Shown: positions 1-8,409 of the stretch, piece by piece | How the letters are laid out: each line of letters opens with the position of its first letter | How positions within the stretch are numbered: position 1 is the stretch's first letter | NCBI RefSeq assembly: GCF_000020385.1 | Contig: NC_010814.1 | Coordinates: 1,650,001 to 1,682,000 of the forward strand | Direction: 5' to 3' | Source: Trichlorobacter lovleyi SZ | Lineage (GTDB): Bacteria; Desulfobacterota; Desulfuromonadia; Geobacterales; Pseudopelobacteraceae | Length of the DNA stretch: 32,000 bases | Position numbers and translations under genes: made by a program | Notes under the pieces: model-generated | The model's input: the letters and a program-made list of their open reading frames with translations, nothing else | Databases searched by the model: none | What the model was told of the DNA's origin: nothing

Positions 1-621
1 GGGGTGGTTGCCCATGAGATCAGAAAACTGGGGCAACGCTGCACCGAAACGGCAAAGGGGATGAAGCAGTTCAGCAAGCAGGTTGCATTGGGCGATGGTG
101 AAGAGGCTGATAAGCTGCGGGATGACTTCCAGTTGCTGATCGATGATCTGGAAGATGTGGCCATGTTCTCAAACCTGCTGGGGGTGAATGCCGCCATTGA
201 GGCCGCCCATGTGGAAGGGGCCGGTAATGACTTCAAGTTGTTGACCGACGAGATTCACAGCCTGGCCAGCCGTTCTGCCGATGCAGCCAAGCGGACCGAG
301 CAGATGACCCGTACCTCGTTGCAGCTTTCCCGTAGTGGTGAAGAACTGTCACGGGATATCAACCGGCAGCTGCGCGGTGCGGTCGAAGGGGCCAGGACCA
401 TCAGTCTGCTGACTGATGAGATCTCCAGAGCTACGGCGGAACAGGCTGACGGCATTGACCAGATCAACCAGGCGGTTGCCCAGATCAATCAGGTCACCCA
501 GAAGAACGCCGACAGTGCTGCCCACTCATCTGAGGCAGCCCGGGGGCTTGAGCGCCAGGTGGATAAGCTCTCCAGCATGGTACAGAAGTTCAGATTAGAG
601 ACAGCGCCCGCCCAGGCGTGA
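1..621 (+). CDS. methyl-accepting chemotaxis protein, C-terminal signalling domain (5' end outside window)
   Basis: Frame 1 is open from base 1. The translation VVAHEIRKLG...NLLGVNAAIEAAHVEGAG...QINQAVAQINQVTQKNA matches the conserved MCP cytoplasmic hairpin-tip/signalling domain. Stop is at 619-621. Confidence 0.85.
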   Translation, partial: GVVAHEIRKLGQRCTETAKGMKQFSKQVALGDGEEADKLRDDFQLLIDDLEDVAMFSNLLGVNAAIEAAHVEGAGNDFKLLTDEIHSLASRSADAAKRTEQMTRTSLQLSRSGEELSRDINRQLRGAVEGARTISLLTDEISRATAEQADGIDQINQAVAQINQVTQKNADSAAHSSEAARGLERQVDKLSSMVQKFRLETAPAQA

Positions 622-770
622 TTGTGCCGTTGTAATAATGGGTCAGGCCGATGTTGCTGGATGCCTTCCTCCCTGCTGCTGGCTGCAAAACGTAATCTGG
701 TGTTGACTGCGGTTGCCTCTTCGTAGCATTCATCTCTCTCTGCTGCTTGCCAACGGCCGCCGGATCGGCA

Positions 771-790
771 GCATCACGTATTTGTGATGC
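771..790. promoter_or_regulatory. perfect inverted repeat GCATCAC-gtattt-GTGATGC, candidate operator or hairpin upstream of the REC-PP2C gene
   Basis: Read directly: arms 771-777 and 784-790 are exact reverse complements with a 6-nt spacer. It lies ~105 nt upstream of the ATG at 896 in a 274-bp non-coding gap. No T-tract follows, so it is not a terminator. Confidence 0.3.
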
Positions 791-895
791 AGACTGGATC
801 TGCTATGGCTTGTACTGCTGTTGTTGACGGAGTGCGATCATGTATGCGGGCGATTGTCAACTGGTTGGAAAAAAGTCCAGGGGTGAACAAACACG

Positions 896-2596
896 ATGAT
901 TGATCCGTTACTGAAGGCCTACACCAGTGATCTTGCAGTGCTGTGTGTGGAGGATGATCCGGTGGGGGCTGCCCTCATCCGTAAAATGCTGGAGCCGCTC
1001 TTTGGCCATGTCTACAGCGCCACGAACGGGGCTGAGGGGTTGCAGCAGTTTTATCAGCAGCAGCCGGATCTGATCGTCAGCGACCTGATGATGCCGGTCA
1101 TGGATGGCATCGGTATGCTCAGGGAGATTCGCAAAAGCAACCAGAAAACGCCGGTTCTGTTGATGACCGCTTCGCTGGAGCATGTTCATCTGGTTGAGGC
1201 GATTAATCTCGGGGTTTCAAAGTTTCTGGCAAAACCGCTGCGAGTCGATGCCTTGCAACGGGCGCTGTTTGCTGTTACCAGAGAGCTGTATCTGGAAAGG
1301 GTTGCCGAGCAGGCCCGGCAACAGGAAGTGGAGCTGCTGCAGTACCGCAACCGTTATCACTCCCGGCAGCAGGAGCTGGCGCAGGCCAAGGAACGCCATA
1401 TCGTCAGTAACCTGCTTGAGACGCAGTATCTCAGGCACGCTGATCATGGGGGCTGGCTGGTGGATCTGCTGCAGCAACCCCGTGATATCATGTCGGGTGA
1501 CAGCTACTCGGTTGTCAGGACAAATGACAATACCCTGTTGCTGTTTCTGGCAGATGCCATGGGACATGGTCTGTCCGCCTCGGTTACTTCCATGCTGGCC
1601 ACTGCTTTCTTTAACTATGCGGTACAGGGTTACAGCTCTGGAGAACTTGAATTCGCGGCTTTGGCCACCAGCGTCATGAACTTTGCCGCCCAGAATCTGC
1701 TGGAGGATGAGGTGTTCAGCGGGCTGGTGCTTGAACTGGACCCGCAGCGTAAATCAGTGCAGCTTGCCAGCTGCGGCATGCCGGCTCTGCTGCTGGCGCG
1801 TAACGGCAGGGTTGAACGGATACGGGGGGCAAACCCGCCGGTTTCCGCTTTTCTGCCGCCGTTGCAACTGCAGCGGATCAATCTGGATGGCGTAAGCGAT
1901 ATCCTGCTTGCAACCGATGGGCTGGGGGATGCGGCGACCCGAGAAGGCGGGGCGTACCGTGAACGTCTGAGCACGGATCTGCTCGGTACTGCCACCACCC
2001 GTGAACTGTTTGCACAGTATAGCTGTCAGAGCGATGACAGTCAGAACGATGACGATATCACGATTGTCAGACTGACTGCCGTGGCTACAGAAGGACAGCG
2101 CCATTGTTTTACGGCACCACCCACCCTGGCAGGTCTCTCATACTTGCAAACTCAGGCCAGCCAGCAGCTGGAAGCAGCAGGGGCAGCCGGAGAACGCCTG
2201 GATAACCTGGAACTGGCGCTGAGTGAGGCGCTATTGAATGCCTTTGAACATGGTTTTCTGGGGATGGGGGCGGACAAACCACGTCTGATGCAGGATGATG
2301 CGTATGACGGGCTGGTGATGGCGGCAGCACCGGAGCAAGGGGTGGAAATCAGCCTGGAGCTGATACTTGTACCACGGATGGGCCGTTTACAGGTGTGGCT
2401 GGAGGTGGCAGACCCCGGTTCCGGTTTTGAGGTGCCAAACCGGTGTGACCGGCATGACCGGAAGTCGGCTGCCACGGCAACTGCAGGACGGGGATTCATG
2501 ATAATGCAGCGTTCGGTTGATCTGGTCAGGTACAATCCTGCCGGAAACCGGCTGTTGTTGATGCAGATGTTCGATGTTGAAACTACGCAAAACTAA
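896..2596 (+). CDS. response-regulator receiver / PP2C (SpoIIE-type) phosphatase / RsbW-like HATPase serine-kinase fusion (HsbR-like)
   Basis: N-terminal REC (LIVSDLMMPVMDG ... FLAKPL). Central PP2C/SpoIIE motifs (SGDSYSV, FLADAMGHGLSAS, LATDGLGD, DDDITIV). C-terminal GHKL N-box and G-boxes (LSEALLNAFEHG, VADPGSGF, GRGFMIM). Confidence 0.85.
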   Translation: MIDPLLKAYTSDLAVLCVEDDPVGAALIRKMLEPLFGHVYSATNGAEGLQQFYQQQPDLIVSDLMMPVMDGIGMLREIRKSNQKTPVLLMTASLEHVHLVEAINLGVSKFLAKPLRVDALQRALFAVTRELYLERVAEQARQQEVELLQYRNRYHSRQQELAQAKERHIVSNLLETQYLRHADHGGWLVDLLQQPRDIMSGDSYSVVRTNDNTLLLFLADAMGHGLSASVTSMLATAFFNYAVQGYSSGELEFAALATSVMNFAAQNLLEDEVFSGLVLELDPQRKSVQLASCGMPALLLARNGRVERIRGANPPVSAFLPPLQLQRINLDGVSDILLATDGLGDAATREGGAYRERLSTDLLGTATTRELFAQYSCQSDDSQNDDDITIVRLTAVATEGQRHCFTAPPTLAGLSYLQTQASQQLEAAGAAGERLDNLELALSEALLNAFEHGFLGMGADKPRLMQDDAYDGLVMAAAPEQGVEISLELILVPRMGRLQVWLEVADPGSGFEVPNRCDRHDRKSAATATAGRGFMIMQRSVDLVRYNPAGNRLLLMQMFDVETTQN

Positions 2597-2607
2597 AGGA
2601 GCTGGTT

Positions 2608-2907
2608 ATGGAGATCAGGACCGTTGGAAGTCATGAGCTGGTTGTCAGTGGCACGATCAAGACCATTAACGACAGTATTTCCGTGCGTGAGGCCTTGCAA
2701 AAGCTGCATGATGGCGGAGTAACGGCCATTACCCTGCGGATTGAGGATTCTTTTGCGTTGCCGTCGGCAGTCATCGGCTATCTGATGAAGCTGGTCAATC
2801 GTGAAAAAGTCAAACTGACCCTGCTGGCAGGTGACAAACGTTTGTGTGAGTTGCTGGAAGAACTGCAACTGACCGATCTCTTTGGTGTGTCTTTGACTAC
2901 CCGTTAG
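2608..2907 (+). CDS. STAS-domain anti-sigma-factor antagonist-like protein (RsbV/SpoIIAA/HsbA-like)
   Basis: 99 aa, starting 12 nt after the upstream stop with RBS AAGGAG. The layout resembles STAS, with a candidate phospho-serine in ...LRIEDSFALPSAVIGYL... It follows a PP2C+kinase gene, which is the typical partner-switching arrangement. Confidence 0.7.
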   Translation: MEIRTVGSHELVVSGTIKTINDSISVREALQKLHDGGVTAITLRIEDSFALPSAVIGYLMKLVNREKVKLTLLAGDKRLCELLEELQLTDLFGVSLTTR

Positions 2908-2924
2908 CAGCCTGGGCTTGATGC

Positions 2925-4634
2925 ATGTCCGGTAGACGTGGGCTTTTCCCGATTTTGTTTGTGTTTGCAGCTGCCGGGCTGTTTGGCAGTCTGCTGTTGT
3001 ATTTGAACAGTGTAGACAAACAGCAGCAGCGTTACAAACAGCATACCGAGATGCTGGAAATGTCGTACCGGGCTGCGCTGCATACCTATCGGGTCGCCAC
3101 TGAAATTTATCTGCGTGACACAATCCGTCAGCCGGATGTTTTGGCTTTGTTTGCGCGGGCCTGGCAAACGGATCTGACCGGAAAAGCGAGACTGAGACAG
3201 CAGCTGCATGACAGGTTGCGAGGATCATATCAGGAACTCTGGCAGCATCGTTTGCGGCAGTTGCATTTTCATCTGCCTGACGGTGAGAGCTTTTTGCGGT
3301 TTCATCAGCCTGATCGTTTTGGCGACAAACTGTTTGACGTACGTCCCTCGGTAAGGATTGCCAATACTGAGCTTCATGATGTGACGGGGTTTGAGGCCGG
3401 ACGAATTATCGACGGATTTCGCTATGTCACACCACTGCGCTACCAAGGACTGCATATCGGTAGCGTTGAAACCAGTATTCCGTTTAAATCGGTTCAGACG
3501 GCCATGACAGAATATGCCGCTGACCGTGAATATCAGTTTATGGTGCACGCAGAGCTGATTCAGGAACGTCTGTTTCCTGATTTTCGTTCTGTCTATGCCC
3601 CATCCCCTCTGTCTGAAGCCTACCTGATTGAAAACCCCGGCCGCAAGCATCCTGATACTGCCGTTCCGCTTTCGACAACAGCAACAGCTATTGCTGAAAG
3701 GCTACGCCGGGATACTGAAACTATGCAGCGGATGGCCCGTAACGAGGCCTTTTCGGTCGGTCTCATTCAGGCAGGTAGTGGTTACGTGGTCTCATTTTTG
3801 CCAATCAAAGAGGTGACCGGCGGTAAGGGGGGCTATTTGGTCAGTTACGTCAAAGAACCACTGGTTACCACTATTAAGCGCAGTTTTGTGTTTGAATTGC
3901 TGGGGTTTGCCGGATTACTGGGGTTTGCCTTCTGGCTGTTGTTGCGCTGGCGGGGTAGTCTGGCCCAACTGGCAGAACAGTCTGCCAAGCAACAGTACGA
4001 GGAACTGCTCCTGATACAGCAAGAGGCCATTGAACATGGTGAGAGAACCCGTATCTCCCGCGAATTGCATGATGGCATCGGCCAGGCCTTACATGCGGTG
4101 TTGTTACGTCTGAAGCTGCTGCTAGGAACGATCGAGCCGGGTAGAGGTGCCGAACGGATTGCAATTGGCGAGTTGATCCAGGATATTCAGAATGCCTCGG
4201 CAGAGCTGCGCAATCTGGTGATTTCACTGCGCCCGTTGCCGTTGTCTGGTATGAAGATCGATGAAGCGGTTCAATGGCTGTGCAATAACCTGGAAAAAGA
4301 CGGCGGTGTATCACTTTTGTTGCAGATCGCCGGTGATTTCGATAATGTCAGTGACCAGTGCAGTCTAGTACTATTCCGGGTCTGCCAGGAAGGGCTTACC
4401 AATATCCTGAAACATGCTGCGGCTAAACGGGTCCAGGTCTCGCTGCAACGCCAGGATGCTACCGTTGTGCTTACCATTTGCGATGATGGTTCTGGTGGTG
4501 CGCAGCCGGTTGGCACAAGTGGCTCAGGTCTGGCAATCATGCGAGAGCGGGTTGGACTTGCCGGAGGTCGTCTGCTAATAGAATCGCCTGCCGGGCAGGG
4601 GACGAGAATTTTTGTGGAGTTGCCATGTCATTGA
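2925..4634 (+). CDS. membrane sensor histidine kinase, HisKA_3 (NarX/LiaS) class, with large periplasmic Cache-like domain
   Basis: TM1 is LFPILFVFAAAGLFGSLLLYL and TM2 is FVFELLGFAGLLGFAFWLLLRW, with ~290 aa between them containing LHFHLPDGESFLRFHQPDRFGD (Cache-type signature). H-box is ISRELHDGIGQAL. HATPase motifs are QEGLTNILKHA, DDGSG and GSGLAIMRER. Confidence 0.85.
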   Translation: MSGRRGLFPILFVFAAAGLFGSLLLYLNSVDKQQQRYKQHTEMLEMSYRAALHTYRVATEIYLRDTIRQPDVLALFARAWQTDLTGKARLRQQLHDRLRGSYQELWQHRLRQLHFHLPDGESFLRFHQPDRFGDKLFDVRPSVRIANTELHDVTGFEAGRIIDGFRYVTPLRYQGLHIGSVETSIPFKSVQTAMTEYAADREYQFMVHAELIQERLFPDFRSVYAPSPLSEAYLIENPGRKHPDTAVPLSTTATAIAERLRRDTETMQRMARNEAFSVGLIQAGSGYVVSFLPIKEVTGGKGGYLVSYVKEPLVTTIKRSFVFELLGFAGLLGFAFWLLLRWRGSLAQLAEQSAKQQYEELLLIQQEAIEHGERTRISRELHDGIGQALHAVLLRLKLLLGTIEPGRGAERIAIGELIQDIQNASAELRNLVISLRPLPLSGMKIDEAVQWLCNNLEKDGGVSLLLQIAGDFDNVSDQCSLVLFRVCQEGLTNILKHAAAKRVQVSLQRQDATVVLTICDDGSGGAQPVGTSGSGLAIMRERVGLAGGRLLIESPAGQGTRIFVELPCH

Positions 4635-5224
4635 TCCGATTGGTCATTGCAGATGATCATGCCATATTTCGCCAAGGGTTACGCTCCTTGGTCGCCATGG
4701 CGGACGACTGTGAAATAGTTGGCGAGTGCAGCCGTGGTGACGAGGCGCTGGAGCTGATTCGGCAACTGCGGCCGACGGTTGCGGTTCTGGATATCTCAAT
4801 GCCCGGCCTGGATGGCCTTTCAGCCGTAGCAGCTCTGCGGCGTGAGGGGGACCTCACCCCGGTGGTAATCCTGACTACCCACGACGATCCGTTGATGCTG
4901 GAGCGTGCCAAGTGCAGCGGGGCTAACGGCTACGTCAACAAAGAGTTCGCCTTTGAGCAACTTCTGTTATCCCTGCGGAAGGTTGCAGACGGCACTGTCT
5001 TGCTGGAAGAGAGTGCCCCTGCCACCTCCTCAACGGCATTAACCGACCGGGAACGCGAGGTGATCAGGCTGGTGGCTTGCGGCATGAGTAGCCGTCTGAT
5101 AGGTGAAACACTGGGTATCAGCAACAAGACCGTGGATAACCATCGCACCAATATCATGGGCAAGCTGCATATCCATACCACGGCCGAGCTGGTGCGCTAT
5201 GCCGTTAAGCTGGGGTTGGGGTAA
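4625..5224 (+). CDS. NarL/LuxR-family response regulator (REC + HTH_LuxR)
   Basis: REC motifs IADDH and VAVLDISMPGLDG. The C-terminal LuxR HTH is LTDREREVIRLVACGMSSRLIGETLGISNKTVDNHRTNIMGKL. The start overlaps the kinase stop by 10 nt. Confidence 0.9.
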   Translation: MSLIRLVIADDHAIFRQGLRSLVAMADDCEIVGECSRGDEALELIRQLRPTVAVLDISMPGLDGLSAVAALRREGDLTPVVILTTHDDPLMLERAKCSGANGYVNKEFAFEQLLLSLRKVADGTVLLEESAPATSSTALTDREREVIRLVACGMSSRLIGETLGISNKTVDNHRTNIMGKLHIHTTAELVRYAVKLGLG

Positions 5225-5230
5225 GAGGCC

Positions 5231-5461
5231 GTGTCTGTCACAGGGAAAAAGGTGGCGACGTCTATGCATACCATGCCTGTCTCAGCACTGGATCTGAAGT
5301 TGGCCCGTGTCTGTGAGCTGTGTCCGGTCTGCCGTCATGCCCGCAAGCAGCAGCAGGGGCTTGCCTTCAGGTTGGTGAAGGGGATTGAGCAGGATATCTG
5401 TCCCTTCTGTCGGGCCTATGAACGGGTGCATGGCAGAAAAGCCCATCAACAGAAGCAATAA
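5231..5461 (+). CDS. small Cys-rich hypothetical protein (possible zinc ribbon)
   Basis: The ORF fills the gap between two same-strand genes. It has a CELCPVC ... CPFC cysteine arrangement and a basic tail. The start is ambiguous (GTG 5231, ATG 5264 or 5273). No family was recognised. Confidence 0.4.
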   Translation: MSVTGKKVATSMHTMPVSALDLKLARVCELCPVCRHARKQQQGLAFRLVKGIEQDICPFCRAYERVHGRKAHQQKQ

Positions 5462-5482
5462 CTGCTGGACGGGTCTCAGGAG

Positions 5483-5911
5483 ATGAGGCTGCTCAGCGCA
5501 CATGCCGTGTCAATGAACCGGTTGCTTGCACTGGTATCCGCCATGATTATTACCTCTGCATACGGTGCAGAACTGCCTCCCTGTCCGGCATCACCCAACT
5601 GTGTCTGCAGCCAGGCAAAAGACAGCCACCGGATCGCTCCGTTTTCAATCAAGGGGGACCCTGACCAGGCCTTGAGACGCCTGCATGCTCTGTTGCTGGA
5701 ACGCTCAGATACCACTGTGATTGCCGTTGATCAGGATCTGATCAAGGTTGAATTCAGAACCCTGCTGGGATTTGTGGATGACGGCGTGTTTCTGCTGGAT
5801 CGGGAGCTGGCAGTGATCCATCTCCGTTCGGCTGCACGCCTGGGCTATTGGGATCTGGGTAAAAACCGGCGGCGTATGGAAGAAATCAGGCGGCAGTTTG
5901 AACAGCCGTAA
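5483..5911 (+). CDS. DUF1499-family protein with N-terminal signal peptide
   Basis: RBS AGGAG precedes the ATG. The signal-like N-terminus is followed by CPASPNCVCSQ...HRIAPF...VEFRTLLGFVDDGVF...IHLRSAARLGYWDLGKNRRRMEEIR, which matches the conserved DUF1499 pattern as I recall it. Confidence 0.75.
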   Translation: MRLLSAHAVSMNRLLALVSAMIITSAYGAELPPCPASPNCVCSQAKDSHRIAPFSIKGDPDQALRRLHALLLERSDTTVIAVDQDLIKVEFRTLLGFVDDGVFLLDRELAVIHLRSAARLGYWDLGKNRRRMEEIRRQFEQP

Positions 5912-5951
5912 GGGGGTGGTTTGACTGAAGACAGGTGGATGTAAAACTGCC

Positions 5952-7139
5952 ATGATAGACAGCCTGCCACCATCCGCCATAGTTACCCGTCCCCGTCTGT
6001 TGTTTGTTGATGATGATCCGGGGGTACTGGCTGCCGTGACCCGTTTTATGCGGCGTTACCGGTTTGAGGTGAAAACCGCTCTGCATGGCCAGGTGGGCTT
6101 GCAGGAGTTGCAACAAAACGGGCCGTTTCATGTGGTAATTTCAGATTTTCGTATGCCCGGCATGACCGGAGAGATGTTTCTCGGTAAGGTTGCCGAGCTG
6201 GCTCCGAATACCCGTAGGATGATCCTTTCGGCATATGCGGATAGTGACCTGCTGCTGGCAGCCATCAATGCCGGACGGGTTCACCGCTACCTGACAAAGC
6301 CGTGGGATTCTCAGGAACTGTTGACGATCATTCGTGAGCTGATTGACGAATACCAGCAGGTCGTACTACGGAATGACCAGGTTCAGCTGCTTTCGGATAC
6401 CAACCAACAACTGGAAACCAGCCTCCATCAGCATACCTCGGAAATGGAGGCCCAGGGCCGCCGGCTCCAGGAGTCAAATCGTCGACTTTCCCTGCTTTCC
6501 GCCCATCTTGAAAAAGTACGAGAGGATGAGCGCCGATCAATTGCCCGTGATATTCATGACGATCTGGGACAAACCTTAACAGCTATGCATCTTGAAATAA
6601 CAGCCATGCTGCACGCTGACAACGTAATTGACCTGACGCCTCGCCTGTGTGATCTGAAAAAACAGGTTGACGCAGCTATTGGCACGGTGCAACGGATCAT
6701 CTCGACAATGCGTCCTCAAGTACTGGAGGAACTTGGCCTTGAAGCGGCATTGGAAAGTTTAGCCCAAGAGGTGCGAAAGCGTACCAACATTACGTGCGTG
6801 ACCTCCTGCACGTTGGCAGGAGAGCCTATTTCCCAAGAGGTCGCCTCTTGTCTGTACCGTGTGGCACAGGAGTCTCTCACCAATGTATTCCGCCACTCCA
6901 AGGCAACTAAGGTGCTATTGACAGTGCGGCGTCGGGATGGATGGTTGCAGCTACAGATCAGGGACAACGGGGTGGGCGTTTCAGAAGCACAAACCGCTGC
7001 CTCAAATGCTTTTGGAGTGATGGGAATGAGAGAGCGTGTTGCCCGCTGTGGAGGTAGCTTCAGTATCAGTCCCCGGGTTGGCGGTGGAACCATTGTGGAG
7101 GCGCAGGTGCCTGAAAAAGTAGAGGAGGCAGGTCTGTGA
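5952..7139 (+). CDS. receiver-fused histidine kinase (REC + coiled coil + HisKA_3 + HATPase_c)
   Basis: REC motifs LLFVDDDP, VVISDFRMPGMTG and YLTKPWDSQELL. H-box is IARDIHDDLGQTLTA. HATPase motifs are QESLTNVFRHS, DNGVG and FGVMGMRER. Confidence 0.85.
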   Translation: MIDSLPPSAIVTRPRLLFVDDDPGVLAAVTRFMRRYRFEVKTALHGQVGLQELQQNGPFHVVISDFRMPGMTGEMFLGKVAELAPNTRRMILSAYADSDLLLAAINAGRVHRYLTKPWDSQELLTIIRELIDEYQQVVLRNDQVQLLSDTNQQLETSLHQHTSEMEAQGRRLQESNRRLSLLSAHLEKVREDERRSIARDIHDDLGQTLTAMHLEITAMLHADNVIDLTPRLCDLKKQVDAAIGTVQRIISTMRPQVLEELGLEAALESLAQEVRKRTNITCVTSCTLAGEPISQEVASCLYRVAQESLTNVFRHSKATKVLLTVRRRDGWLQLQIRDNGVGVSEAQTAASNAFGVMGMRERVARCGGSFSISPRVGGGTIVEAQVPEKVEEAGL

Positions 7140-7780
7140 AGCGGCTGTTACTCGTTGACGATCATGCCATGGTGCGCAAAGGACTGGTGAGTATTCTTTC
7201 CGTACTCCAGGAAGATGGCATGCTGCTGAGCTGCGATGAGGCCGGATCCGGAGAGGACGCCTTGGGGCTGCTCAAACAGTATAGGTACGACCTCGTTGTC
7301 CTTGATATAGCAATGCCGGAGCTTGGAGGGCTGGAGTTGCTGTCAATTATTCATGAGAACTGGCCAACACTACCGGTGCTTATGCTCTCCATGTTTCCTG
7401 AAGAACAATTTGCCCTGCGTTCCTTAAAGCTGGGAGCTTCGGGGTATCTGACCAAAAAGGAGGCTGCTGATGAGTTGTTACTGGCGGTGGGTCAGCTTTT
7501 AAAAGGTAAGCGCTACCTGAGTCAGAGTCTTTCCACTAGTCTCATCAACCAGGCCCTTGCCAGCGGTGATAACAGCCGCCCCTCCCATGCGACACTCTCT
7601 AACCGCGAATTTCAGATCCTGCGTAGCCTGGCAACAGGCAAAAGCCTTAAGGCAATTGCGCTTGACCTGGAACTGAGTATCAAGACAGTCAGTACCTATA
7701 AAGCCCGTCTTTTCGCAAAACTGGGTTTTCATAACGATGTTGACTTGATCGCATACGCCAACAATCATCAGCTTACTTGA
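7136..7780 (+). CDS. NarL/LuxR-family response regulator
   Basis: The GTG start overlaps the kinase stop (GTGA). REC motifs are LLVDDH and LVVLDIAMPELGG. The HTH is LSNREFQILRSLATGKSLKAIALDLELSIKTVSTYKARLFAKLG. Confidence 0.9.
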   Translation: MKRLLLVDDHAMVRKGLVSILSVLQEDGMLLSCDEAGSGEDALGLLKQYRYDLVVLDIAMPELGGLELLSIIHENWPTLPVLMLSMFPEEQFALRSLKLGASGYLTKKEAADELLLAVGQLLKGKRYLSQSLSTSLINQALASGDNSRPSHATLSNREFQILRSLATGKSLKAIALDLELSIKTVSTYKARLFAKLGFHNDVDLIAYANNHQLT

Positions 7781-7989
7781 AGCGCAGCTATCCTGGCTCC
7801 TCAATATTCCCTCCTGCTCTTCCTTCCTGCTGCATCTGACAGCAACCCTTTATTGTAGGATCATTCTTACGGTCATTTTGTCAGTGTCTGTTGTACTCCG
7901 ACAGCTATTTTCCGAATTGTTTCCTGTTCTTTCCCGAGGCATGCTGATAACGACAGCAGACCGTTCTATCCTGCGAAAGGGGCAGTCTC

Positions 7990-8406
7990 ATGGTGAAGAT
8001 ACTGCTGATTGATGATGACAGGCGTTTCAATAGCCAACTGAAGTCACATGTGGCTGAGTACTACCCCTGCCTCAGTATGGTTGCCTGTGCAGATCCTCTG
8101 GAAGCCCTGTTACTGCTCAGAATAGAAAAATATGACCTGCTTTTGATTGATTATGAAGTGCCTCCTTTTGATGGGCAAAAGTTGTTGCAGTATGCCATTC
8201 AGGCCGGTGTTGAACGCAACAGAATTGTGCTGCTTTCAGGTCATGATGCAGCATTTCTGCATAAGGTCTGTCCTTCCGGTCGTTGTCTGGCTGTATTGAA
8301 TAAATTTGAAGCGGCCCAACGTGAAGTGCTGGATATGATTTTGTCATCTCTTAATGACAAAGCAGAAAAGGCCATGTCTCACGACAGTATTGTACCGCAG
8401 ATATAG
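7990..8406 (+). CDS. single-domain response-regulator receiver (CheY-like)
   Basis: KILLIDDD, LLLIDYEVPPFDG, VLLSG and LNKFE give the Asp/Asp/Ser/Lys receiver signature. RBS AAGGGG is upstream. Confidence 0.8.
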   Translation: MVKILLIDDDRRFNSQLKSHVAEYYPCLSMVACADPLEALLLLRIEKYDLLLIDYEVPPFDGQKLLQYAIQAGVERNRIVLLSGHDAAFLHKVCPSGRCLAVLNKFEAAQREVLDMILSSLNDKAEKAMSHDSIVPQI

Positions 8407-8409
8407 TGC

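Noticed and set aside
3900-3929. Direct repeat CTGGGGTTTGCC ... CTGGGGTTTGCC with an 18-nt period.
   Set aside because: It lies within the second TM helix of the 2925 kinase and simply encodes LLGFAGLLGFAF. This looks like a small in-frame duplication of hydrophobic sequence with no evident independent function.
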